12,996 bases of DNA from an uncultured Spirochaeta sp. Its GTDB lineage: Bacteria; Spirochaetota; Spirochaetia; DSM-27196; DSM-8902. The stretch covers positions 1 through 12,996 of the forward strand of contig CAYNNU010000048.1 of assembly GCA_964398645.1 (NCBI GenBank), in the 5' to 3' direction. Shown piece after piece: positions 1 through 6,744 of the stretch. How positions within the stretch are numbered: the first letter of the stretch is position 1; every line of letters begins with the position of its first letter. The notes under the pieces were generated by a model, which saw only the letters and a program-made list of their open reading frames with translations, was not told where the DNA came from and made no database searches. The position numbers and the translations under genes were made by a program.

Positions 1-1017
1 TTAGGTAGTTGGCAAATCACCTACAATTCGCATTGCAGTAGCAGCCATGTTGTACCCAACGCCGGATCCAACCATAACTACCAGATCACCCTTCTTCACT
101 TTTCCCTGCTCAAGAGCATCGTTCAGGGCCATTGGAATACATGCGGAACCGGTGTATCCCCATTTATCCATAATCATATGAGCTTTGGACTGATCGATTC
201 CCAAGTCATCCATAACGGTGATGATTGCGTGCTTGTTAACCTGGGTAAACACAATCTGATCAATGTCTGAAAGCTTGAACTTATTTTCTTTTGCAAGGTC
301 ACGAATCAAGTGTGGCCAATGCTTTGTATTGATATCCGCAGGATATTCGCCAACAAGCTTAACTTTTGTGCGACCAGCTTCAACTGATTCTACAGAAGCA
401 GGCTCAGCTGTTCCACCAGAATAAATTCCCCAAGCCTTGGCATACTGACCATCAGCAATCATTTTTGTTCCCATGAAAGCCTTCTTTTTACCAGGCTGCA
501 AAATAGCGGCACCAGCACCGTCGCCGTAGAAAAAGCGGGTAATATCATTATCATCAGCAAGTTTGCGCATCATGTACACGCTAACAACAAGCACGTTCTT
601 CAGAGCATCATTTGCTTCCATCAGTGAAGCACCGATTCCAATACCGGCAGGAAAGGTTGCACATGCACAAGCAACATCAAAAGTACCGGCATTTTTTGCT
701 CCCAGCTTGTGCTGAAGCACTGTAGATGTAGCAGGAGTAAGATAATCAGGTGAGTCAGTACCCAAAATGATCAAATCGATATCCATGGGTGTAAGGCCGG
801 CACGCTCAATTGCCTGCTGACATGCAGGAACAGCAATATCAGAACTTGCCCAGTCATCGGGTGCATACCCGCGCTGAAGTATTCCAGAACTCTTTTCGAG
901 CTTATCAACTACTTCGCCAAGATTAATTTTAGAAAAATACTCTTTTAATTCAGCATTCTTTACAATCCGGTCCGGGACATACATGCCCGTTGAAACAATG
1001 TTCGCTTTTTGCGCCAT
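1..1017 (-). CDS. 3-oxoacyl-ACP synthase III (FabH/KAS III)-like protein; complete, stop codon TAA at 1-3 (minus strand)
   Basis: The translation aligns along its full length to FabH. It shares the N-terminal motif IVSTGMYVPDRIVKNAEL, the active-site Cys context FDVACACATF (compare FDVAAACAGF in E. coli FabH), FYGDGAGAAIL, and the C-terminal VGSGVGYN. The ATG at 1015-1017 (MAQKANIV...) has a GGAG about 8 nt upstream on the minus strand. The track's start at 1023 is a TTG alternative start rendered as M. The positions that align to FabH His244 and Asn274 read Thr (FTQVN) and Tyr (WGYTGS). Confidence 0.85.
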   Translation of the reverse strand: MAQKANIVSTGMYVPDRIVKNAELKEYFSKINLGEVVDKLEKSSGILQRGYAPDDWASSDIAVPACQQAIERAGLTPMDIDLIILGTDSPDYLTPATSTVLQHKLGAKNAGTFDVACACATFPAGIGIGASLMEANDALKNVLVVSVYMMRKLADDNDITRFFYGDGAGAAILQPGKKKAFMGTKMIADGQYAKAWGIYSGGTAEPASVESVEAGRTKVKLVGEYPADINTKHWPHLIRDLAKENKFKLSDIDQIVFTQVNKHAIITVMDDLGIDQSKAHMIMDKWGYTGSACIPMALNDALEQGKVKKGDLVVMVGSGVGYNMAATAMRIVGDLPTT

Positions 1018-1116
1018 ACACAATCTCCAGAATAATTAGATTAGCATTCAGGTTATCAATTTCCCGATGCCGGTACATGGTATTTCATGCATCCATGCAA
1101 TGTCAAGAAAAAAGAC

Positions 1117-1145
1117 TTGCACTATTCTAAATCCGGCATTATAGT
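1117..1145 (+). promoter_or_regulatory. Sigma70-like promoter for the regulator/transporter operon (TTGCAC -17 nt- TATAGT)
   Basis: A -35 hexamer TTGCAC (1117-1122), exactly 17 nt of spacer, and a -10 hexamer TATAGT (1140-1145) lie about 50 nt upstream of the ATG at 1195. The -10 overlaps the left arm of the palindrome. Confidence 0.4.
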
Positions 1146-1177
1146 ACTATTGTACTAGTTAACTAGTACAATAGTAC
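1144..1177. promoter_or_regulatory. Perfect 34-bp palindromic operator, candidate binding site of the adjacent YtrA/GntR repressor
   Basis: GTACTATTGTACTAGTT|AACTAGTACAATAGTAC is a perfect inverted repeat centred on TT|AA. Each arm carries two GTAC(T)A half-sites, which fits GntR-type GT...AC operator logic. It overlaps the -10 element and the predicted transcription start, and sits directly upstream of the GntR gene, suggesting autoregulation. Confidence 0.6.
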
Positions 1178-1194
1178 ATTCCAGGGAGATTTCG

Positions 1195-1593
1195 ATGGTA
1201 AAGCCGGCAATCCAGTTTTCCATAGATCACAGCAACGGGGTACCCTACTATAAACAAATCATTTTACAGGTTGAACTTGCGATCGCTGATTCACGCCTTC
1301 AGTCAGGCGACCAACTGCCAACCGTGCGTAGTCTCGCCGTTGAATTGCAAATAAACCCCAACACCGTTGCCAAGGCATATCACCAACTGGAACTGCGGGG
1401 TATTGTGAATACCCAGCAAGGAACTGGCACCTTTATTTCAAACCGGACAATACCGGTGTCAGATATTGAAAAAGAACGCATTTTGGCAGAAATTTGCCAA
1501 AGCACCGTGAGTAAAGCCGGCGCATACGGCTTTTCTATTCCAGATATCATCGATCAATTACAGGAAATGAATACCAAGGAGGACCTGGCATGA
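1195..1593 (+). CDS. GntR-family transcriptional regulator, YtrA subfamily (short C-terminal domain)
   Basis: The 132-aa product has an N-terminal winged-HTH of GntR type (PTVRSLAVELQINPNTVAKAYHQLELRGIV...QQGTGTFIS). Its C-terminal domain is only about 50 aa, as in the YtrA subfamily, whose members usually control adjacent ABC-transporter operons. RBS GGGAG sits 6 nt upstream. The stop overlaps the next start in an ATGA. Confidence 0.85.
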   Translation: MVKPAIQFSIDHSNGVPYYKQIILQVELAIADSRLQSGDQLPTVRSLAVELQINPNTVAKAYHQLELRGIVNTQQGTGTFISNRTIPVSDIEKERILAEICQSTVSKAGAYGFSIPDIIDQLQEMNTKEDLA

Positions 1594-2699
1594 GTATTTT
1601 TTCAGAGAAACTCTTTTCCCACGATCAATACCGAATAAAAAATCTGCCGAAACGCCGCATACCGATAGACTTCCGCTTTTCTACCTTCTCCTTTTTGAGC
1701 ATGCTGTTTCTATCAGGCGGGTTTATCTCTCTTATATTTGTGTTTGACGGGCCAATCCCAGCAACCGACCTGCAAGGGGCCGCCGCCGGCCTGTTCGCCG
1801 GAGCACTTTTACTGATTCTTCTACCCCACTGGGTAATGCTGGTTCTGGCTCTCTTTGTTGCTGGAGGAGTTCAGACCATACTAAGCGGCGCTCCCCCCGC
1901 ATCACCTTGGCTGGCCGCATTGCCGGCAGCCGTACTCATTCCATCTGCAATGCTGCAAATCATCACCCACTGGGACAAGGCCATCATTTTACGCGCCGGG
2001 AAATTTCAACGGGTACAGAACGCGGGTCTCTTTCTGCTCATCCCCTTTCTGGACCGCATTGCCGCCAAAGTAGACACACGCATCCGCGTTACCGATTTCA
2101 GTGCCGAGCGCACACTTAGCCGCGACAATGTTCCGGTCCACATTGATGCAATCTGCTTCTGGATGATCTGGGATGCCGGCAAAGCAATACTGGAACTGGA
2201 AAATTATCTGGAAGCCATCACCCTCTCGGCTCAGACCGCCTTGCGGGACGCCATTGGAACCCATGATCTAAGCACTCTACTTTCCGAAAGAGACAAAGTA
2301 GGCCGTGACCTCCAACAAATCCTGGACACCAAAACTGATCCCTGGGGAATTACCGTACTTTCGGTTGAATTTACCGACATCATCATTCCAAAAGAGTTAG
2401 AAGATGCCATGAGCAAAAAGGCCCAGGCCGACCGTGAACGGCAGGCTCGCCTCATTCTGGGCGAAACAGAAATCGAGCTGGCACAGAATATGTGTACAGC
2501 CGAACAACATTACAAAGACAATCCCGAAGCCTTTCAACTGCGCGCAATGAACATGGTGTATGATGCACTGCGACAAAGCAAAGGCTCAGTAGTACTTATT
2601 CCATCTTCGGCGGCAGAACAGATGAATCTGGGCAGCCCGCTAGGAACAATAGCCCTGCAGAAATCTCTGCAAAATAAAACAGAAGGAGAAACGCCATGA
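1590..2699 (+). CDS. SPFH/band-7 (stomatin/HflK/C-like) membrane protein with an extended multi-TM N-terminal region
   Basis: Residues from about 130 onward show the SPFH signature (ILRAGKFQRV...FLLIPFLDRIA...RVTDFSAERTLSRDNVPVHIDAICFWMIWDA...DPWGITVLSVEFTDIIIP...AQADRERQARLILGETEIELA...GSVVLIPSS). The N-terminal 130 aa are very hydrophobic and contain about 3-4 predicted TM helices. RBS AAGGAGG sits 7 nt upstream. There are ATGA overlaps with both the upstream regulator and the downstream ATPase. Confidence 0.85.
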   Translation: MSIFSEKLFSHDQYRIKNLPKRRIPIDFRFSTFSFLSMLFLSGGFISLIFVFDGPIPATDLQGAAAGLFAGALLLILLPHWVMLVLALFVAGGVQTILSGAPPASPWLAALPAAVLIPSAMLQIITHWDKAIILRAGKFQRVQNAGLFLLIPFLDRIAAKVDTRIRVTDFSAERTLSRDNVPVHIDAICFWMIWDAGKAILELENYLEAITLSAQTALRDAIGTHDLSTLLSERDKVGRDLQQILDTKTDPWGITVLSVEFTDIIIPKELEDAMSKKAQADRERQARLILGETEIELAQNMCTAEQHYKDNPEAFQLRAMNMVYDALRQSKGSVVLIPSSAAEQMNLGSPLGTIALQKSLQNKTEGETP

Positions 2700-3400
2700 T
2701 ACGCGTACAAAACGTCGAAAAAAACTATATTGATGGTGACACCACGGTGCATGCCCTGCGAGGAGTAGACCTGCACATCAAAAGTGGAGAATTTATGTCG
2801 ATTGCAGGGCCTTCCGGCTCAGGCAAAAGCACCCTGCTCAACCTGATTGGCTGCCTGGACAGTATGGACAGCGGTGAAATCCTTATCGAAGGAACCGCAA
2901 TCAGCCACATGAACAAAAAACAGCTAGTGGAATTACGGCGCGAAAAAATCGGCTTTGTATTTCAAAGCTTCAACCTGATCCCAGTACTTACCGCATACGA
3001 AAATATTGCAATAGTTGTTTCCCTTTTGAATATTTCAAAAGACGAAGTACACGAACGTTGCATGAATCTGCTCAAGGAAGTCGGCTTGGAAGGACTGGAA
3101 AACCGCCGGCCGGCTAAACTCTCTGGCGGACAACAACAGCGAGTTGCCATCGCTCGGGCACTCATTAAAAACCCGCTGATGGTACTGGCAGATGAGCCAA
3201 CAGCAAACCTGGACTCTGAAAACGGCGAGGCCATCCTGAAACTCATGAAGAAAATTAACCAGGAACACGGCACAACCTTTGTATTTTCCACCCATGATCC
3301 AATGGTTATGAACTACGCCGACAGGCTGTGCCGATTACAAGATGGCCTGATTACCAGCGATGAAGCAGTTCAACATACTCCAGCAGGGGGCTTGGCATGA
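2696..3400 (+). CDS. ABC transporter ATP-binding protein, LolD/MacB-type
   Basis: It has Walker A GPSGSGKST, Q-loop, ABC signature LSGGQQQRVAIARAL, Walker B LMVLADEPT and an H-loop (STHD). It is 234 aa with no fused membrane domain. RBS AAGGAG sits 7 nt upstream. ATGA overlap with the next gene. Confidence 0.95.
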   Translation: MIRVQNVEKNYIDGDTTVHALRGVDLHIKSGEFMSIAGPSGSGKSTLLNLIGCLDSMDSGEILIEGTAISHMNKKQLVELRREKIGFVFQSFNLIPVLTAYENIAIVVSLLNISKDEVHERCMNLLKEVGLEGLENRRPAKLSGGQQQRVAIARALIKNPLMVLADEPTANLDSENGEAILKLMKKINQEHGTTFVFSTHDPMVMNYADRLCRLQDGLITSDEAVQHTPAGGLA

Positions 3401-4677
3401 AAACAAAAAAGAATCATAAGCTTCTGCTGTTGATACTTTCCCTCAAGAACTTGTCCCGGCATAGGCGAAGAACAATCATTACAGCCATTGCAATTGCCGC
3501 CGGCACAGCTATTTACATAGCAACCACCTCTCTCATTGCCGGCTTTTCCAGCGAGTCAGACCGCAACCTGAAGGAATTTGAACTAGGCAACGTAGGAATC
3601 TTTGCCATGGATTATTGGGCAGAGAAAGACCAGCACCCGCTGGATCACATGCTGGAAAACCCGCAAGCCACACTGGATGCATTGCGTGCGCAGGACATCC
3701 CGGCTGTGGAACGCCTGAATTTCAAAGGCGAATTGATTATCCACTATGATCCATTTCCAGAGGATGGCTCTATTCCTATGCAGTTTTCTGCTATCGACCC
3801 TCAAGAAGATGACCAGGTCTTTCATCTGAAAGACACCCTCATAGAGGGACGCTGGCTGGAAGATGGCGATGAAATTCTGATTGGCCGTTGGCTAGCCGAC
3901 AAGATCGGCGCCGAAGTAGGCTACTATGTAAGCGTAACCACTCGCACCCGAGACGGCTTTCGACAATTGATGGATTTTCAGATTGTGGGGATCTTTGAAA
4001 GCTTTAACCCGCAGATCGATCGGAAAGTATTATATATTCCACTAGACACAGCCCACATGTACCTGGAAACCGGCGGCGCAGTAAATACCATCCATGCCTT
4101 ACTACCGGAAAATCAACCCGGTACAGCCGATGTACAGCCAATCCGGGACATTTTGCAGGAAGCCCTTCCAGCAGAGAGCCAGCAAATTGAGGTTTTGAGC
4201 TTTGCGCAAATGAACGAAGAAATGGCGGCACTTATGCAAATGTCCGATACAGCAACCGGTATACTCCTGTTTCTACTTGGAATCATTGCCGTCGTTGGCG
4301 TTTCCAATACCATGCTTATGTCAGTGATGGAGCGGCAGAAAGAAATCGGCACTATGCGGGCCCTTGGCTTTCGCAACGGCGAAATACGTCAGCTATTCAT
4401 GTTAGAAGCTGCCGGCATCGGCCTTATTGGCGCAATCGGCGGGCTCATTATCGGCGCCATTCTCGTGGGCCTCATGGTTAACGTTGGTATCGATTACGGA
4501 TTCCTGCTGGAGGATGCGGATATGGAATTCCGCCTGGGCAACGTGCTCCACGGAGTTTGGAACACTGCAGATATGCTGAACGTGGCCATCTTCGCCTTTC
4601 TCTTTTCCGGCTTGGTAGCTTTGTTTCCCGTTCGTAACATGCTAGGCAAGCAGGTAACCGAAAACCTGCGGCAATAA
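3397..4677 (+). CDS. ABC transporter permease, FtsX/MacB/LolC-E family (4 TM with a large periplasmic domain)
   Basis: The 426-aa product has TM1 near the N-terminus, a soluble periplasmic domain of about 230 aa, and a C-terminal FtsX domain with three TM helices (...SVMERQKEIGTMRALGFRNGEIRQLFMLEAAGIGLIGA...). Size and topology match LolC/LolE and MacB membrane domains. Confidence 0.9.
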   Translation: MKTKKNHKLLLLILSLKNLSRHRRRTIITAIAIAAGTAIYIATTSLIAGFSSESDRNLKEFELGNVGIFAMDYWAEKDQHPLDHMLENPQATLDALRAQDIPAVERLNFKGELIIHYDPFPEDGSIPMQFSAIDPQEDDQVFHLKDTLIEGRWLEDGDEILIGRWLADKIGAEVGYYVSVTTRTRDGFRQLMDFQIVGIFESFNPQIDRKVLYIPLDTAHMYLETGGAVNTIHALLPENQPGTADVQPIRDILQEALPAESQQIEVLSFAQMNEEMAALMQMSDTATGILLFLLGIIAVVGVSNTMLMSVMERQKEIGTMRALGFRNGEIRQLFMLEAAGIGLIGAIGGLIIGAILVGLMVNVGIDYGFLLEDADMEFRLGNVLHGVWNTADMLNVAIFAFLFSGLVALFPVRNMLGKQVTENLRQ

Positions 4678-4705
4678 TTGCCGTACTGGATGCAAGGAGG
4701 CACCC

Positions 4706-5944
4706 ATGAATTTTATCGAAATTGCATTCCGCAATCTATTTAGAAACCGACGACGCAGCATCTTGTCCCTTATGGGAGTTGTTGTTGCTTCCCTTTCAAT
4801 TACCTTCCTATTCTCAATGTTAGCGGGTCTTTCCGACGACATCGAAAAAAATGCTTGGGAATACGAAACCGGCGAGGTTCATGTTCGCAACCAGCTGTAC
4901 AACAAATACGAATACCTATATCCAGTCCAATATGTTGTTCCCAACTACACGGAACTGACCCAGTTTCTGCGTGAACGACAAGGAATTGCCGCAGTGAGCC
5001 CAAGGATTCAAGTTCCAGGCATTTCATTTATTGGCGAAGAGCAAATCAGCGCTGTGGGCATCGGCCTGGACATGGAAAGTGAAAGCGAATACCAAAACCT
5101 TGGCGACATTGTCATTGATGGCCGGCTTCCCGAGCCAAACAGCAACGAAGCCCTTATTGGCGCAGGGCTTGCACAAAAACTGGGCGTAACTATTGGCGAC
5201 GAAGCCACCTTTATGACGCAAACTCGTTACCGCAGCTCCAACGCATTTACTGTAGACATTGTCGGCATTGCTGCATTCCCGGTTACTGCCATGAATTCCC
5301 GCACCTACGTTCTGCCCATCGAACGGGCCGATTACTACATGCGGATGGATGGTGGCGCCAGTGAAATCCTGATCAAAACGACTGAGCACGAGCCCGAGCG
5401 AACCACGGCGGAACTCAATGAGTTCTTTTCCCAACACGCGGCCGAGGGCTGGAATCAGCTGGAAGCTCGATCTTGGACAAAAATCAGTGCCGGATATGCT
5501 TCTTTATCCATGGCAGGAGCAATTTACAGCATCATGGCTCTCATCTTTTTTCTGCTAGCCGCAACAGTAATAATCAGCACAACCATGATGATTATCAACG
5601 AACGCACCCGGGAAATTGGAACGCTCTCTGCCCTGGGAATGAGCGAGGGCCAACTGGTTCGCCTGTTCTTTACCGAGGCCGCTCTTCTGGGCTTTGCCGG
5701 GGCCTTTATCGGCGTTCTTCTTGGCATTGCCATTACTGTGCCTGTTGGAATCACCGGCTTGGACATTTCCGCCAAAATGGACATGATGGACATGGGAATA
5801 TCCAGCCTGCTCTACCCACGCATCAACATTATGTCTACCGTTGGTGTTTTCTTCTTTGCGTGGATAACCAGCATGGCAGCAACCTACCCTTCAGCACAGC
5901 GAGCCGCTAAATTGAAGCCAGTCGAAGCTCTGCGGGCTGTATAA
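4706..5944 (+). CDS. Second ABC transporter permease, FtsX/LolC-E family (paralogous partner)
   Basis: The 412-aa product has the same architecture: TM1, a periplasmic domain, and a C-terminal FtsX domain (...IINERTREIGTLSALGMSEGQLVRLFFTEAALLGFAGA...). RBS AAGGAGG sits 7 nt upstream. Double stop TAATAA at the end. Confidence 0.9.
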   Translation: MNFIEIAFRNLFRNRRRSILSLMGVVVASLSITFLFSMLAGLSDDIEKNAWEYETGEVHVRNQLYNKYEYLYPVQYVVPNYTELTQFLRERQGIAAVSPRIQVPGISFIGEEQISAVGIGLDMESESEYQNLGDIVIDGRLPEPNSNEALIGAGLAQKLGVTIGDEATFMTQTRYRSSNAFTVDIVGIAAFPVTAMNSRTYVLPIERADYYMRMDGGASEILIKTTEHEPERTTAELNEFFSQHAAEGWNQLEARSWTKISAGYASLSMAGAIYSIMALIFFLLAATVIISTTMMIINERTREIGTLSALGMSEGQLVRLFFTEAALLGFAGAFIGVLLGIAITVPVGITGLDISAKMDMMDMGISSLLYPRINIMSTVGVFFFAWITSMAATYPSAQRAAKLKPVEALRAV

Positions 5945-5958
5945 TAAAGGAGAACAAA

Positions 5959-6744
5959 ATGAATATACATATTGAGAAAACCAACAGACCGAAGATTCCA
6001 GCCATGCTGATTCTTGGCGTTCTTCTAAGCTGTATTATTTCCAGCCCCCTATTCGCCCAAAATAGCGGACTTACAGCAGCACAGATCATCGATCGAATGG
6101 AAGCAAATCAAACACAGCAAACCAGCATTTCCCAGGGACGAATGATTATTTCAGACCGCTTTGGAGAACGAGTCAGCACTTACCAAGCATGGTCGGAAGG
6201 CTCAAACCGCTTTTTGGTTGAATTCACCTCTCCGCACGAACGGGGACAAAAGGTTTTGCGCCGCGACGACAGCCTGTTCCTGTACTACCCTGATGCACGC
6301 GAAACAATTCGCCTGCAAGGCGCAGCTCTACGCGATTCCCTGCTTGGCTCCGACATTTCCTATGAGGACATGACCGGAAACCGCGGACTGGAAGACAACT
6401 ATACCTTTGAACTTTTAGGAACCGAGGAGTACGACGGAAGACAGTGCTACAAAATCAGATTGACTGCCCGGCAAGCCAACGTGGCCTATCCGGAACAAAT
6501 TATCTGGGTGGACTCACAGGATTTTGTTATGCGCAAAAGCGAGCAATATGCCCGTAGCGGCCGCCTGCTGAAAACCACCCGGGTGCTGGCAACAACAATT
6601 GCCGGCGGCTATCACTTTCCAACCCACATGGAAATTGTCGACGAAACCCGTAGCTCAAGCAAAACGGAAATGATTACCGAAGACATTCAACTTGATGTGC
6701 AACTGCCTGCCAACATTTTTTCTTTGGAGGAACTTTCGTGGTGA
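5959..6744 (+). CDS. LolA-like periplasmic protein ('outer membrane lipoprotein-sorting protein' family, LolA_like/PF17131-type)
   Basis: It has an N-terminal signal peptide (charged n-region, then MLILGVLLSCIISSPLFA, with a possible cleavage ...LFA|QNS or a relaxed lipobox LLSC). From memory, the family-typical motifs are present: AAQIIDRMEAN, FLVEFTSP..G, DDSLFLYYPD, and the hallmark GSDISYEDM. RBS AAGGAG. Overlaps the next gene. Confidence 0.75.
   Translation: MNIHIEKTNRPKIPAMLILGVLLSCIISSPLFAQNSGLTAAQIIDRMEANQTQQTSISQGRMIISDRFGERVSTYQAWSEGSNRFLVEFTSPHERGQKVLRRDDSLFLYYPDARETIRLQGAALRDSLLGSDISYEDMTGNRGLEDNYTFELLGTEEYDGRQCYKIRLTARQANVAYPEQIIWVDSQDFVMRKSEQYARSGRLLKTTRVLATTIAGGYHFPTHMEIVDETRSSSKTEMITEDIQLDVQLPANIFSLEELSW

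Noticed and set aside
1018-1023. The track's longer starts: TTG at 1021-1023 for the FabH-like gene (MCMAQ...), and TTG at 10023 for the lipoprotein (MAMRFF...).
   Set aside because: Both are TTG alternative starts that the track renders as M. In each case an in-frame ATG 6 nt downstream is better placed relative to a GGAG Shine-Dalgarno, and for the lipoprotein it gives a canonical signal-peptide n-region (MRFFK). I prefer the ATG starts at 1017 and 10029.
1086-1099. A CATGCA-TC-CATGCA short direct repeat (which contains the palindromic ATGCAT) upstream of the FabH-like gene, considered as a second operator.
   Set aside because: At 6 bp per unit it is too short to stand out from chance. It may belong to the FabH-like gene's promoter, but there is not enough evidence to call it.
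1732-1960. A locally GC-rich patch (runs of GCC/GGC/CTG codons) inside the SPFH gene, considered as a possible horizontally acquired insert or repeat.
   Set aside because: The GC enrichment is explained by Ala/Gly/Leu/Pro-rich TM helices in the N-terminal extension. The reading frame is continuous and there are no flanking direct repeats.
5024-5437. 137-aa ORF on the minus strand, antisense to FtsX permease 2. Similar antisense or out-of-frame ORFs appear at 1732-1920, 1989-2264, 2962-3295, 4113-4376, 10220-10714 and 11028-11522.
   Set aside because: Each lies entirely inside a much longer ORF that has clear family-level motifs on the other strand or in another frame. They have no RBS and low-complexity or Cys/Gly/Arg-rich translations typical of frames antisense to GC-rich coding sequence. 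They are spurious.
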